Source of the DNA: a virus
Lineage: Duplodnaviria > Caudoviricetes
Direction: 5' to 3' (one strand)
IMG/VR virus record: IMGVR_UViG_3300032227_000651
Span: 1 to 46,376 of that record
Length of the DNA stretch: 46,376 bases
Part shown: positions 1-10,126 of the stretch, piece by piece
Layout: every line of letters begins with the position of its first letter
How positions within the stretch are numbered: position 1 is the stretch's first letter
The notes under the pieces: generated by a model
What the model was told of the DNA's origin: nothing
The model's input: only the letters and a program-made list of their open reading frames with translations
The model's database searches: none
Translations under genes and position numbers: made by a program

Positions 1-2
1 AT

Positions 3-1313
3 TTTAGTCCTAGCCCGTCAGAATTAGCTGGTGCACTAGCTCTTGATGCCGCACCATTTGGCGCGTTTGATTTTGGTCCAACTGCCGGAGCATTAGAAGC
101 AGAAAAGGCAAGGCAGACAGCGGAACAAATAGCCCGTATAGAGAGTGTATTGGGACTAGACCCATACGCTAAATTTGATAATTTTAATTTTGACAAAACC
201 GCTCTTGCGGCAAAAGCAGAACAAGACGCTGCAACACAAGCACAACAAGACCGCATAAAGGCGTTGGCAGAGGCACCCGCAAGCTTAACGCCCGCGCGGG
301 ATTTAATGTTCAACGATGTGGATACGTTTGCGCCTGTTGCCTACAGCGCCGCAGATGAAGCAGACAGAATGTTTGCTGCTCCCGACCTTACCCCTAGCGT
401 ACCCGGTGCAATCTCTGCCGACCCTGATGCGGATACAGATAAAAAAGCACAGGAATTAGGAATACCTAGCGTTGCAGAGTTTGCAGCTATGTTTGGGCCT
501 TCACTTGCGCAGACTGCGGCCCTCAATACCGGTATAGTTTCTGACGCTACGCCTCAAGGGCTTGCAGGTGTTGGTGGCTTTGGTAGCTTTAATGCCTTTG
601 GCTACAGTCCTTCCGACAATAACGACAGCGTGGGTCGCAGTGATTTCGGTGGTGATTTCGGTCTAAGCCCTTCCGACAATAACGACAGTGTGGGTCGCAG
701 TGATTTCGGTGGTGATTTCGGTCTAAGCCCTTCCGACAATAACGACAGTGTGGGTCGCAGTGATTTCGGTGATTTAGGCAATTCCCCAATAGGAGGCGGC
801 TTTGATTATGGCGGATTAGATGGGGGTTATGGTGGTGGCGAAAGCGGCGGCTACAGCGGCGGCAATTTTGGGGATAGCCTTTCGGATAATAACGACAGTG
901 TGGGTCGCGGTGATAGCGATGGCGGTGGTGGTTACGGCGGCGCGGCTGCGGACGGTGGCGGAAGGGACTCAGACGGCTCTCCGTATGCGCGTGGAGGTGA
1001 GGTATACGGCGGGCTCCCCAACCCCTACAACCTAGGCTCGTACTCAGACGGCGGTCGGCTGCTCAGAGGTCCCGGTGACGGTGTGTCCGATTCCATCCCT
1101 GCCACTATTGGTAAAGGACGCCCTGCCCGGCTTGCAGACGGTGAGTTTGTGATTCCGGCCCGTATCGTCTCTGAGATTGGCAACGGTTCTACAGACGCTG
1201 GTGCGCGTAAACTGTACGCCATGATGGACCGAATCCAAGCCAGCCGTAGCCGTACCGTTGGGAAGGGTAAAGTCGCTATAAATAATCGCGCTGATAAATA
1301 TCTACCCTCATGA
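3..1313 (+). CDS. Putative internal virion protein (5'-partial), Gly/Asp/Ser-rich repeats and a C-terminal SDSIPA...ADGEFV domain
   Basis: The frame is open from base 3, so the TTG at 150 is not the true start. Contains 20-aa repeats, YARGG and YSDGG motifs, and GPGDGVSDSIPA...LADGEFVIPA, which resembles motifs near tape-measure C-termini. Lies directly upstream of the ejection-protein cluster. Confidence 0.7.
   Translation, partial: FSPSPSELAGALALDAAPFGAFDFGPTAGALEAEKARQTAEQIARIESVLGLDPYAKFDNFNFDKTALAAKAEQDAATQAQQDRIKALAEAPASLTPARDLMFNDVDTFAPVAYSAADEADRMFAAPDLTPSVPGAISADPDADTDKKAQELGIPSVAEFAAMFGPSLAQTAALNTGIVSDATPQGLAGVGGFGSFNAFGYSPSDNNDSVGRSDFGGDFGLSPSDNNDSVGRSDFGGDFGLSPSDNNDSVGRSDFGDLGNSPIGGGFDYGGLDGGYGGGESGGYSGGNFGDSLSDNNDSVGRGDSDGGGGYGGAAADGGGRDSDGSPYARGGEVYGGLPNPYNLGSYSDGGRLLRGPGDGVSDSIPATIGKGRPARLADGEFVIPARIVSEIGNGSTDAGARKLYAMMDRIQASRSRTVGKGKVAINNRADKYLPS
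609..770 (+). repeat. In-frame 60-bp tandem repeat, about 2.7 copies, encoding (S)PSDNNDSVGRSDFGGDFGL, with a degenerate fourth copy at about 880-915
   Basis: Lines 601, 661 and 721 align nearly identically (ccttccgacaataacgacagYgtgggtcgcagtgatttcggt). Confidence 0.95.
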
Positions 1314-1738
1314 GAGCGTCTTTAGTACCTCTTGGCATGGTGTCCAGCGTCATACCGGCGCTGCTACCCTACTTGGCGGAATCGGAAAAATGGTCAAGAG
1401 GCAGGGCGTCGGTAGATGATATTTTGCGGTTCGTGTTAAACCAGCAAATGCAGTTGTGGGTTGTTCATGAAGAAAATACAATCTACGGCCATGTGGTCAC
1501 GGAGATAAAAGAGTACCCAAGATGCAAGATGCTGGTAGTTCAGTATTGCGCTGGGGAACCTGATCACATGCAGTATGTAGATGATGAAATATTCGACCTG
1601 CTTGACAGGTTTGCTAAAGATGCCGGGTGTACCGGGATTGAATTCGTTGGTCGTCCGGGCTGGCGCAAACAGGCTGAAAAGTATGGGTTTGAGGTACGCA
1701 GTGTGATGTACCAAAAATTCTTTAAGGAAGAAACATGA
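1310..1738 (+). CDS. GNAT-like (acyltransferase-fold) virion assembly protein
   Basis: 142 aa with ATGA overlaps at both ends. The C-terminal FAKDAGCTGIEFVGRPGWRK..EKYGF pattern is typical of GNAT-like proteins that precede podovirus ejection genes. Confidence 0.6.
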   Translation: MRASLVPLGMVSSVIPALLPYLAESEKWSRGRASVDDILRFVLNQQMQLWVVHEENTIYGHVVTEIKEYPRCKMLVVQYCAGEPDHMQYVDDEIFDLLDRFAKDAGCTGIEFVGRPGWRKQAEKYGFEVRSVMYQKFFKEET

Positions 1739-4077
1739 GCTATTCACGTCGTCAACTTTATGCAATGGGTGAACCCCTTGGGGATTCGGTAACGCGCCGT
1801 AAAGCGGGGGGCGGGCTAGTCCTAGGCGATGGGGGCGGCGGCAATAACAATACCGGTACTACGAGTACGTCTTCCAACATACCTGACTGGGCGCTTGGCT
1901 ACGCTAAAGACACGTTGTACAACGCGTCGCAAGTAACCGACTTACAACAGAACCCGTACAAAACCTACGAAGCCCCTCGCGTTGCGGGGTTTGCGCCTCT
2001 TCAAGAGCAAGCACAATACGGCGCTGCAAATATGTCGGGGGGGCCACAAGCGTTTCAGCAAAACATAGGCAGCTACATGTCCCCCTACATGCAGAATGTA
2101 GTGGACGTACAGAAGCAAGAAGCCGCTCGGCAGTCGGGGATTTTAGGTACGCAGCAGCAAGCCCAAGCTGCTCAGGCCGGTGCTTTTGGCGGCGGGCGAG
2201 ACGCCATCATGCGCGCAGAGCGTGAGCGCAACCTTGGCCAGCAGATGAACCAGATTCAAGCGCAGGGTTCCCAAGCTGCATACGACCAAGCTGCAAATCA
2301 GTTCCGTCAGGGCTTGACCCAAGATGTGGCTATCAATCAGTTGCAAAACCAATACGGCGGGCAGCAGCAGCAACTAGCCCAGAAGGGGCTGGACATTGGC
2401 TATCAAGACTTCTTGAACCAGCAGAACTACCCGTACAAGCAGCTTGGCTTTATGTCCGACATGCTGCGTGGTCTACCACTAGGCCAGCAATCTACACAGC
2501 AGATTTATCAACCTCCACCCAGCACTATGGCTACTTTGGGTGGTCTTGGTATGGGCGCGTATGGCTTAAGCAGAATGGCTGAAGGCGGTCAGGTTCAAGG
2601 ATACGCCGACGGGGGGGACATTGACAGTGAAGAGAACGTAAAAGCCATTGTGCGGGGTATGCCCGCTACCCCAGAAGGCGAACAAAAACTAATGCAGTCG
2701 TTAGAGATGGCGATGCGCCGTGGCGACAGAGACCAAGAGAATGCTATCCGTGAAGAGATGGCTATGCGCGCATCGTTGCGCAGAGGTTTGGCTAGTGGGG
2801 TTACGTCTGAAATGGCTGACAACATGGTGAGCGCAGCCAATGGCGGGATTGTTGCGTTTGCGCAAGGCGGTGAAGCAGAGAAAGCCCAGAGAGAACAGCA
2901 ACGCGCTGAAGACAGGGATATGCTTTCCGGGTTAAAGGCTTCCGCAGCAGATTTAATACAGATGCCCGGTAAAGTAGGCATAAACATTGGTGAATTTCTG
3001 AGAGATAAAGTGGGTGGCGGCATAGCTAGGGCAGCAAGCGCCATAACGGACACTGACATAGCGCCACCTAAATACTCGTATGAAGACCTTGCTGCAAATT
3101 CGCGTGGTAGGCAGAACGCACGTAAAGATGACCGCAGCCCTCTTCCATCGTTGCAGAACTCCGCTGCGCGTAGAGATGACCGCCCGAATCTGAGCAGTTT
3201 AAAAGGCACGACGGGTACGGAAGCGCCGGTACAAAAGGGGTTGAGCAAACCCGTGGCTACTGCCCTAAAACAGGCGGCGGAGAATGCTGAAGCTACTCAA
3301 GGCATTCCTGCAAAGGACTTCATGTCAGAGTTTGACAGCATGTACAACAAGCTTCAGAACGACCCAGAGAACAAAGCTGACCTTGCCGCTATGAAAGCAA
3401 TGAAGGACAAGATGGGCGGGTCGTCCAAAGAGATTAAAGAGCAGGCGTTTGGTAAAGCGTTGGCTGCGTTCGGGTTCAGCATGGCTGCTAAAGGTTCACA
3501 ACCCGGACGCGGTTCTGGTCTGCAAGGACTCCTTGCCAGTGCGGGTGCGGCTGCTCCTGACTTGATGGCGTCTATTGAAGACAGCCAGAAACTTGCGCGT
3601 GAAGCTGACAAAACCAATGCGGCAATGGAAATGGAGATGGTCAAGTACCGTATAGCAGAGCGCAAGGGCGACAAGCAGACAGCCATGCAGCATGCGGTCA
3701 ACATGCGTCAACTGCAACAGAGCCAGCAACAGATTGGATTGCAGCAGCAACAACTGGCTGAAACCATTCGCGCCAACAAGTCAAAAGAAGGGCTTATGGG
3801 TCAGCGCATTGCGGCTGCGGGTGCTGGACAGAATCCAGCGTTCAAGATGTTGCAATTGACGGGGGCCCAAAGAGAGAAAGCTCTTAGACTTGCGCAAAAT
3901 GAAGTCAAAGCCAAACTGGCTGCTGATCCGGGCGCGGCAATCAAGGACCCTCAAGCCTACGATAAGATGCTGCAAGCGGCTATGAAACGGTACTTACCTA
4001 TGACTACCGGATTTGGTATGACGGGTGTATCTAAGTCACAAGACAATAGCGACGATGTAATCGATATGGATTCATAA
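1735..4077 (+). CDS. Putative DNA ejection/pilot (internal virion) protein
   Basis: 780 aa, Gln/Ala/Gly-rich and helical. N-terminal leader then GDGGGG, the motifs YMSPYMQNVV and AQAGAFGGGR, and four xAxGG motifs. Sits between the GNAT-like gene and the giant virion protein. Confidence 0.65.
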   Translation: MSYSRRQLYAMGEPLGDSVTRRKAGGGLVLGDGGGGNNNTGTTSTSSNIPDWALGYAKDTLYNASQVTDLQQNPYKTYEAPRVAGFAPLQEQAQYGAANMSGGPQAFQQNIGSYMSPYMQNVVDVQKQEAARQSGILGTQQQAQAAQAGAFGGGRDAIMRAERERNLGQQMNQIQAQGSQAAYDQAANQFRQGLTQDVAINQLQNQYGGQQQQLAQKGLDIGYQDFLNQQNYPYKQLGFMSDMLRGLPLGQQSTQQIYQPPPSTMATLGGLGMGAYGLSRMAEGGQVQGYADGGDIDSEENVKAIVRGMPATPEGEQKLMQSLEMAMRRGDRDQENAIREEMAMRASLRRGLASGVTSEMADNMVSAANGGIVAFAQGGEAEKAQREQQRAEDRDMLSGLKASAADLIQMPGKVGINIGEFLRDKVGGGIARAASAITDTDIAPPKYSYEDLAANSRGRQNARKDDRSPLPSLQNSAARRDDRPNLSSLKGTTGTEAPVQKGLSKPVATALKQAAENAEATQGIPAKDFMSEFDSMYNKLQNDPENKADLAAMKAMKDKMGGSSKEIKEQAFGKALAAFGFSMAAKGSQPGRGSGLQGLLASAGAAAPDLMASIEDSQKLAREADKTNAAMEMEMVKYRIAERKGDKQTAMQHAVNMRQLQQSQQQIGLQQQQLAETIRANKSKEGLMGQRIAAAGAGQNPAFKMLQLTGAQREKALRLAQNEVKAKLAADPGAAIKDPQAYDKMLQAAMKRYLPMTTGFGMTGVSKSQDNSDDVIDMDS

Positions 4078-4079
4078 GC

Positions 4080-7000
4080 ATGGCTACTTACAAGGTACGT
4101 TCCGCCGGAAAGATTTATGACTTTCAGGGGCCAGACGGGTTACCACCTGATGCAGTAAAGATGCTGGCGGCGGACTACTTTAGTCTAGGTCAAACACAAC
4201 CGGAAGCCCCTCCCCCAGAGCCCAAAGGTGAAAGCGGCTTCATCCCGTCAGTCAAGCGTGGTTTCGGTCAGCTTGGCATATTGGCTGGGGATGTTGTACC
4301 TGCTATGGCGGCGCAGGCTGTGGGCCCGATTTTTTCAAAGAATTCGGAAGCTTACTCTGAAGCGCAGATGAAGGAAGCCGCCAAGTCGTCAGAAGAGCTT
4401 GCTAGAAAATACCCTGCCGAGATAGCGTCCTATAAAGACATTAAGGGCGTCGGTGATGCGCTGACATACGCAAAGGAAGCAGTAGGCGAAGCAGTGCCTA
4501 CCATGATCCCAAGTTTGTTCACTGGTGGCGCAGCAACCATAGCAGGGCGAGGCGCAATTGCAGCGGCTTCAAAAGCAGCGGAGAAAGCAGTGCTGGCTAG
4601 TGCTGCTGAAGGAGTTGTCGGTGAAGAGCTAAAGCAGCTTGCAACAAAGGCGGGCGTTGAAGCCGCACGCAAGGTGGCGCTCAAATACGAGGTCGGCGGC
4701 GCTTTGACTGGTTCTGCGGCGCAGAACATCCCAGACGTTTACCAGAACATCTACGAAAAAACAGGCAAGCAAGACCTCAGTGCTGCTTTTGTAGCCGGTA
4801 GTTTTAACGCCGCTCTGGATGCCATAACTCCAATTAGTCTGTTGCGTAAAGCCAAGCTGTCCGGTATCCCATCTGAAGAGCTTGGGGCTGCTTGGGCCAA
4901 GCGCATGGGCAAAGGCGCGGTGCAAGGGTTTGCGACTGAAGGTGGTACAGAAGCGCTGCAAGAAGCGTCGAGTATTGCAGCCGAGAACTTTGTGGCCCAG
5001 AACAGCGACTTCTTCACCAAAGAAAATTTTGAACGGCTGATTGAAGCAGGTCTGAAAGGTGGCCTAGGTGGAGCGGGCATCACCGCTGCCACAAACGTAG
5101 CATTTGGCAAAGGGCCAGAGAAGGTTGAGCCGGAGGCAATCAAGACAAGCGGGCTTGGCGATACTGAAGTACCTGAAGACGTAGACGGTGGACCGTTACC
5201 CCCGCCGCCACCACCATCAGCGGGTGGACGTAGCGTAGAAGGCTTTGGGGTTGAACCGCCTCCTGAGCAGATCACCATACCGCCAGTAATAAAAGACCAA
5301 TTAGACGACATTCTTGGCAAAATGCTCAATATCGGCTTTAGCCCTGCCGAAGCACTTGAAGCCTTAAAGACTGACAATGCAGACCCGCAGCTTATTCGGT
5401 ACGCCGAAGAGTACTTCAAACAGCTAGGAGCAGGAAATGCTGGACAACCTGACGCAGGATCAAGTGGAGCAGGCGCTGGCGTGGGTACACAGCCCGATGC
5501 AGAAGCCGCCCCCGAAACCGTTGGAACACCTGAATCAGGTGGAGTGGTTCCTACTGGACCGGATGCTAACGTGCCTCCTCCAAGAAAAAGAAGGGGGTCC
5601 GGTCCACTAGATACGACGCCCCCTGCTGATACAGAGCCCACATCTCCGTTTGGGGGCACAGAGCCGCCTGTTGGTACAACGCCCCCTACCAGTACAAAAC
5701 CTATTCTGGATGAAACGCCTCCTGTTGAATTCACACCTGACGAACGTGTGCTTGACGACTATGAAGGGTTGGCAGAGGTATACAACAAAGACAGAAGAAG
5801 CATCAACCGCAAGATGCCTGACTTTAAAAAACTTTCAGACGAACAGAAAGAACGGTTTGCTAAAGCTAGTCTTGATGAACAAGAGGTAATGTTTGACCGG
5901 ATTGCAGAAGAACTGCATGGAAAAGCGGAGACCTACACCCCGGACAGGATGCGTGAAATTATTGACACCACTGGGGATGGTGAACAGGCGCTTAAGTACC
6001 TAGCAAATTCGTCTGCTAGTGACACCAATAAAGTCCTTGCTGGTTTTTTGCACAACTTTTTTAGCAAAACAAAAAAATTCCCAACAATAAAAACGGAATT
6101 AGAGAAATCAAATACAGGGCATGCTGGCAGTTATACATCGCCTACACACGAAATAAAAATCGTAGCCCCCGGAAAAGGGAAACAATCTCGTTTACCTAAA
6201 GGGTTTGGATACGATACAGAAGAAACAACGCTACATGAATTTACGCATGCTGCGGCAAAAAGAATCGTCTATCTAATAAAGACCCAAGGTAGAAACGCGG
6301 TTACGCCTCAACAATATGCAGCGTATCAACATCTAGAGTCGCTAAGAGACACTGTTAGAGCCAAATTTTCTACAGAACAAAATAAAGAGTTTCGATTCGC
6401 TATGTCGCCGTCTGATGCTGCGCATGACATAGATGAATTCATAGCATGGGGCATGACTAACGCCAAGTTTCAAGAGGCGTTACGCAACGTAAAAATACGT
6501 GAACAAGATTCTATTTTCACCAAGGTAAAAGACGCGTTTGATGAATTTGTAAAAACGATTGCCCAATTGTTGGGTATGCCTAACGAGGTTTCAATTGGTA
6601 AATCTTCTAACGCGCAAATTGAACTTGTTGGGTCTTTAAAGTATCTACTGTCTACTCCGCTTACAAGAACGGACATGCTTAAAGGGATGCGGACAAGCCC
6701 ACAAGTTACAACGCAGCAGCAAACAGTTAGTGCGCCAAGTCGTGATGAATCCACGATGACGGATAAAGAGCTTGCGGATGAAGCCGAAGCTGAAGTGCAG
6801 ATCAAAGAGCGCACCCCCAAGTCGTTTTTTAAAGACTTGTTCAGCAAGCGTGGAATGCAGAACCTTGCCGCTAATTTCGTCAGCGATAGGTATCCGTTGA
6901 AAGTAGCCAGCGATAAGGCCAAATTGTTTGGCGTCTTGCGGCGCTTTGGAGACGGCGTCAATGACGTATGGGGACAGATCACTACTTCTGGCGGTAAAGC

Positions 7001-9908
7001 GGTTTTCTATTACGACACCGTCATGCGCAATGCAAACGATGAAGTCAGTGCGGCTGTAGAAGCCTACGCTGCCAAGACAGGACTACCACTTAAAGAAGCG
7101 CTTAGTCGACTGCACATCATCATGGAAGCGCAGCATGAGCCAGAACGTCGGTTTGTCCATTTCTTGAAGAACGTGCCACTGGATGACCTTGAACAGCGCA
7201 TAACCTACAAGGGTCAGAAGTACTCTGCTGCTGCGTTCAGGTCAGTAATAATGAAAGAGCTATCCCAGCCTGCGTATGAAGTTACGCCCGGCATGACGGA
7301 AGAGCAGATAAGCCAACTTGATGAAGCGCGCCGTGAGCGTGCGCTTGATTTGCGCAGCATGCTGGAGACTATCGTAGCGGACAAGTCGTTCTTTGCCAAA
7401 ACAATTGGTGGGAAGCTGGTAGACCAAAACACAAACCCTGCGTTTGATCCGAATAGTCCTATGTACAACGTGATTGCTGACCGCACTACACGTCAGATAC
7501 AAGCTATTAAACGGGAGAAGATGGTTCCCGGCACAGAAGCTGAAATCCAAAGGGTAACGGACTCGCTAAAGAAAGTGCATGAACTGACCAAGATGCTGAA
7601 CAGGCGCGCCAACTACCAGTCGCAGCCATCTTCAAACATCATCGATTTCTACGATTTTAAAAACTACGTACCGTTCAAGGGCAAGCCCGGGTTCACTACG
7701 ATCGATTCCGAATACAACATGGAGTCACGTAGGTTAGGCGGTGAATTGCAAGAAGGGCAAGACCCGTTTAGCGGTCGTAAGTCCGAATCTGAAAACCCGA
7801 TTCTGCAATCACAGGCAGAGGGTGCTATGGCGGCTATGCGCTTGGGTCGTAAAGACTTGGTACTAGCAATAAAGAATGCCATCAAAGACGGCATCATCAA
7901 GGGTACGGTCAAGGAGAAAGAAATCAACTTTGAAGACCGGTTCCTCGGGACTGCAAGTAAAGACGCTATTGGCGGGCCAAACAAGATTTTCATGTACAAC
8001 GAAGACGGCACGATTGATGTCCTAGAGATACATGACAAGGCGCAACTGGAAGCGATACGCCGTTCCTATCGGACTGCATCCCCCCTGCTAGATGTGTTGA
8101 ACAGCATTACTAGTGGCATTGGGCAGACTCATACCCGGTACAACCCAGCCTTTGCTCCGATGAACTTTGTGCGCGATGCGCTTACCAATGCCTTCAATTT
8201 GGGGGCCGACTTTGGGCCTGCAAAATCTGCGCAATTATTAGCAGCCGTAGCCTCTGATGTAGCAGGGGGCGGTATGGGCAAGTCCATGCGCTTCTCTAAC
8301 CTCTACTCAAAGGGTAAATTTGACGAGATCGAACGGCTTGCTGCTTCTGACCCGTACTACGCTGACTTGCTTGAGTACACGCAGGCAGGTGGCAGGGTGT
8401 CGTATCTAGAAGGTCTTGCTGCAAAAGGCGCGTTGGACAACCTTGTCAAGGAAGTAGGGCGCAGCGGCATCCTCCGTACGAAAGACCAAGTTGATAGGTT
8501 CATTGATGTCTACAACGACATTTTTGAATTGTCTAGCCGGGCAGCTACGTACCGCATGCTGAAAGACCAATTCTTTGCAGAGAACAAAGCCAGCGGCAAA
8601 TTTAAAAACGACGCTGATGCCCTAGCAGATGCCAAAGCGCATGCTGTCGAGTACGCTAAAAACCTAGCCAACTTTGAGCAGGTAGGTAAGTACGGTAAAG
8701 AAGCGGGCGCTATCTTCATGTTCTTCCGCCCAGCAGCTACTGGCGCAGCGCGGGCTATCGAATCGTTGGCCCCTGCCTTTGGGTTTAACGAGGAGAAGTT
8801 TAGAGAAGAAGCCGTTGCAGAAGGGCGCACTCCAGACCAGATCGATAACGCTGTGAAAGAGATGCAGAAAAAAGCTAATCAAGCTAGGGTAATGGCTATG
8901 GGGCTAACCGGTATGGGGGTTGGCATGTACATGATGGCCCTGATGCTGGCAGGAGATGATGAACAAGGACGCAACAAAGTAGCCACTGATGACATGGCGC
9001 GTTGGACTCGCTATGCGCGGTTCCACATCCCCGGCACAGACATCATCATCCAAATCCCTTGGGGTTACGGCCTTGGCGCGTTTGCATCTGCTGGCGCTCA
9101 GATAGCAGCTATCAGTTCAGGTAAAGCTTCTATTGGCGAAGCGTTTGGAAATATTGTTACCACCGGTATGGACTCCTTCTTACCGTTGCCTGTATCACGG
9201 ATCAGCCCTATCGATAACTTCCCAGCATTTGCGATGGATAGCGTTACACCTTCCATGTTCCGCCCGTTTTTTGAATACGTGATGAACTTGGACGGTCTTG
9301 GTCGTGAGATATACAACAATCGGCAGTCGAAGTACGGTGACGCTTACACCGGGGGCGATAACATCCCGGAGATGTACAAGCAAGCAGCGCGAGCGTTGTT
9401 TGATGCTACAAATGGCGCTACGGATATAAGCCCCAACACCATGTATTTCTTTGCCAGCAGTTATGCTGATGGTATGGCAAAGATGGCTAGTAGCGCGACC
9501 AACTTGGGTCTATCTGTATCCGGGCAAAAAGAATTTGACGTGAAGAATGACGTTGCGTTTGTAAGCAGCTTCATTGGCTCCAAATCAAACATTGATGCTC
9601 GGGAATTCAGTAGCATTGAAGATCAAATCAAGGGGCTTGACAAGCGTATCAACTCGTTGAAAGACCGTCCAGACCAACTCAGACAGTTCATGGAGGCCAA
9701 CCCTGCCGCTTACAACGCAGTTCAGTTCTACAACTCGCAAATCAATGGGGCTCTGAAGAACATACGTACCCAGCAGAACATAGTACGCGCCAGTAAAGAA
9801 CTGACCATTGCCGAACGTAAAGAGGAATTGGAAAGACTAAAGCTGCTCTCCAACATGGTCAAGCATCGGTTAGTAGAGACCTTCGAAGTGCTTGATATCA
9901 AACCCTAG
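4080..9908 (+). CDS. Large polyvalent internal virion protein with zincin-like metallopeptidase (HExxH) and probable LPD38-like C-terminal region
   Basis: 1942 aa. Ala/Gly-rich N-terminus, Pro-rich linker, TTLHEFTHAA followed by DIDEFIAWG, and C-terminal QIPWGYGLG and GREIY segments typical of large phage ejected proteins. Confidence 0.7.
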   Translation: MATYKVRSAGKIYDFQGPDGLPPDAVKMLAADYFSLGQTQPEAPPPEPKGESGFIPSVKRGFGQLGILAGDVVPAMAAQAVGPIFSKNSEAYSEAQMKEAAKSSEELARKYPAEIASYKDIKGVGDALTYAKEAVGEAVPTMIPSLFTGGAATIAGRGAIAAASKAAEKAVLASAAEGVVGEELKQLATKAGVEAARKVALKYEVGGALTGSAAQNIPDVYQNIYEKTGKQDLSAAFVAGSFNAALDAITPISLLRKAKLSGIPSEELGAAWAKRMGKGAVQGFATEGGTEALQEASSIAAENFVAQNSDFFTKENFERLIEAGLKGGLGGAGITAATNVAFGKGPEKVEPEAIKTSGLGDTEVPEDVDGGPLPPPPPPSAGGRSVEGFGVEPPPEQITIPPVIKDQLDDILGKMLNIGFSPAEALEALKTDNADPQLIRYAEEYFKQLGAGNAGQPDAGSSGAGAGVGTQPDAEAAPETVGTPESGGVVPTGPDANVPPPRKRRGSGPLDTTPPADTEPTSPFGGTEPPVGTTPPTSTKPILDETPPVEFTPDERVLDDYEGLAEVYNKDRRSINRKMPDFKKLSDEQKERFAKASLDEQEVMFDRIAEELHGKAETYTPDRMREIIDTTGDGEQALKYLANSSASDTNKVLAGFLHNFFSKTKKFPTIKTELEKSNTGHAGSYTSPTHEIKIVAPGKGKQSRLPKGFGYDTEETTLHEFTHAAAKRIVYLIKTQGRNAVTPQQYAAYQHLESLRDTVRAKFSTEQNKEFRFAMSPSDAAHDIDEFIAWGMTNAKFQEALRNVKIREQDSIFTKVKDAFDEFVKTIAQLLGMPNEVSIGKSSNAQIELVGSLKYLLSTPLTRTDMLKGMRTSPQVTTQQQTVSAPSRDESTMTDKELADEAEAEVQIKERTPKSFFKDLFSKRGMQNLAANFVSDRYPLKVASDKAKLFGVLRRFGDGVNDVWGQITTSGGKAVFYYDTVMRNANDEVSAAVEAYAAKTGLPLKEALSRLHIIMEAQHEPERRFVHFLKNVPLDDLEQRITYKGQKYSAAAFRSVIMKELSQPAYEVTPGMTEEQISQLDEARRERALDLRSMLETIVADKSFFAKTIGGKLVDQNTNPAFDPNSPMYNVIADRTTRQIQAIKREKMVPGTEAEIQRVTDSLKKVHELTKMLNRRANYQSQPSSNIIDFYDFKNYVPFKGKPGFTTIDSEYNMESRRLGGELQEGQDPFSGRKSESENPILQSQAEGAMAAMRLGRKDLVLAIKNAIKDGIIKGTVKEKEINFEDRFLGTASKDAIGGPNKIFMYNEDGTIDVLEIHDKAQLEAIRRSYRTASPLLDVLNSITSGIGQTHTRYNPAFAPMNFVRDALTNAFNLGADFGPAKSAQLLAAVASDVAGGGMGKSMRFSNLYSKGKFDEIERLAASDPYYADLLEYTQAGGRVSYLEGLAAKGALDNLVKEVGRSGILRTKDQVDRFIDVYNDIFELSSRAATYRMLKDQFFAENKASGKFKNDADALADAKAHAVEYAKNLANFEQVGKYGKEAGAIFMFFRPAATGAARAIESLAPAFGFNEEKFREEAVAEGRTPDQIDNAVKEMQKKANQARVMAMGLTGMGVGMYMMALMLAGDDEQGRNKVATDDMARWTRYARFHIPGTDIIIQIPWGYGLGAFASAGAQIAAISSGKASIGEAFGNIVTTGMDSFLPLPVSRISPIDNFPAFAMDSVTPSMFRPFFEYVMNLDGLGREIYNNRQSKYGDAYTGGDNIPEMYKQAARALFDATNGATDISPNTMYFFASSYADGMAKMASSATNLGLSVSGQKEFDVKNDVAFVSSFIGSKSNIDAREFSSIEDQIKGLDKRINSLKDRPDQLRQFMEANPAAYNAVQFYNSQINGALKNIRTQQNIVRASKELTIAERKEELERLKLLSNMVKHRLVETFEVLDIKP

Positions 9909-10126
9909 GACATACGCCAGACTCGTATACCAAGTACGTCGTTTTCGGTCACGGTGAACACCTTCACCTTGATGCCCTCCCGTTTAGCGCCAGAATCAGC
10001 TGCATACGTCAAGTACGCGGGCTTCATAGTCGGAACAAAGAAGCTGTCCCCTACTCGCATAACGGAGTAGGGGAACACCCAAACGGGCTCATCGTACGGA
10101 GCGTCACCCGGCGACGGCTTCTTCAT
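9905..10126 (-). CDS. Small conserved phage protein (possible DNA-binding)
   Basis: 73 aa with FPYSVMRVGDSFFVP...GIRVWR, a pattern recurrent in small phage proteins. Last gene of the minus-strand operon. Confidence 0.6.
   Translation of the reverse strand: MKKPSPGDAPYDEPVWVFPYSVMRVGDSFFVPTMKPAYLTYAADSGAKREGIKVKVFTVTENDVLGIRVWRMS

Noticed and set aside
609-770. Possible CRISPR array
   Set aside because: The units are contiguous 60-bp in-frame repeats with no unique spacers, inside a CDS.
4751-5734. 327-aa minus-strand ORF
   Set aside because: Antisense shadow of the Pro/Gly-rich part of the 1942-aa gene, with no RBS or motif.
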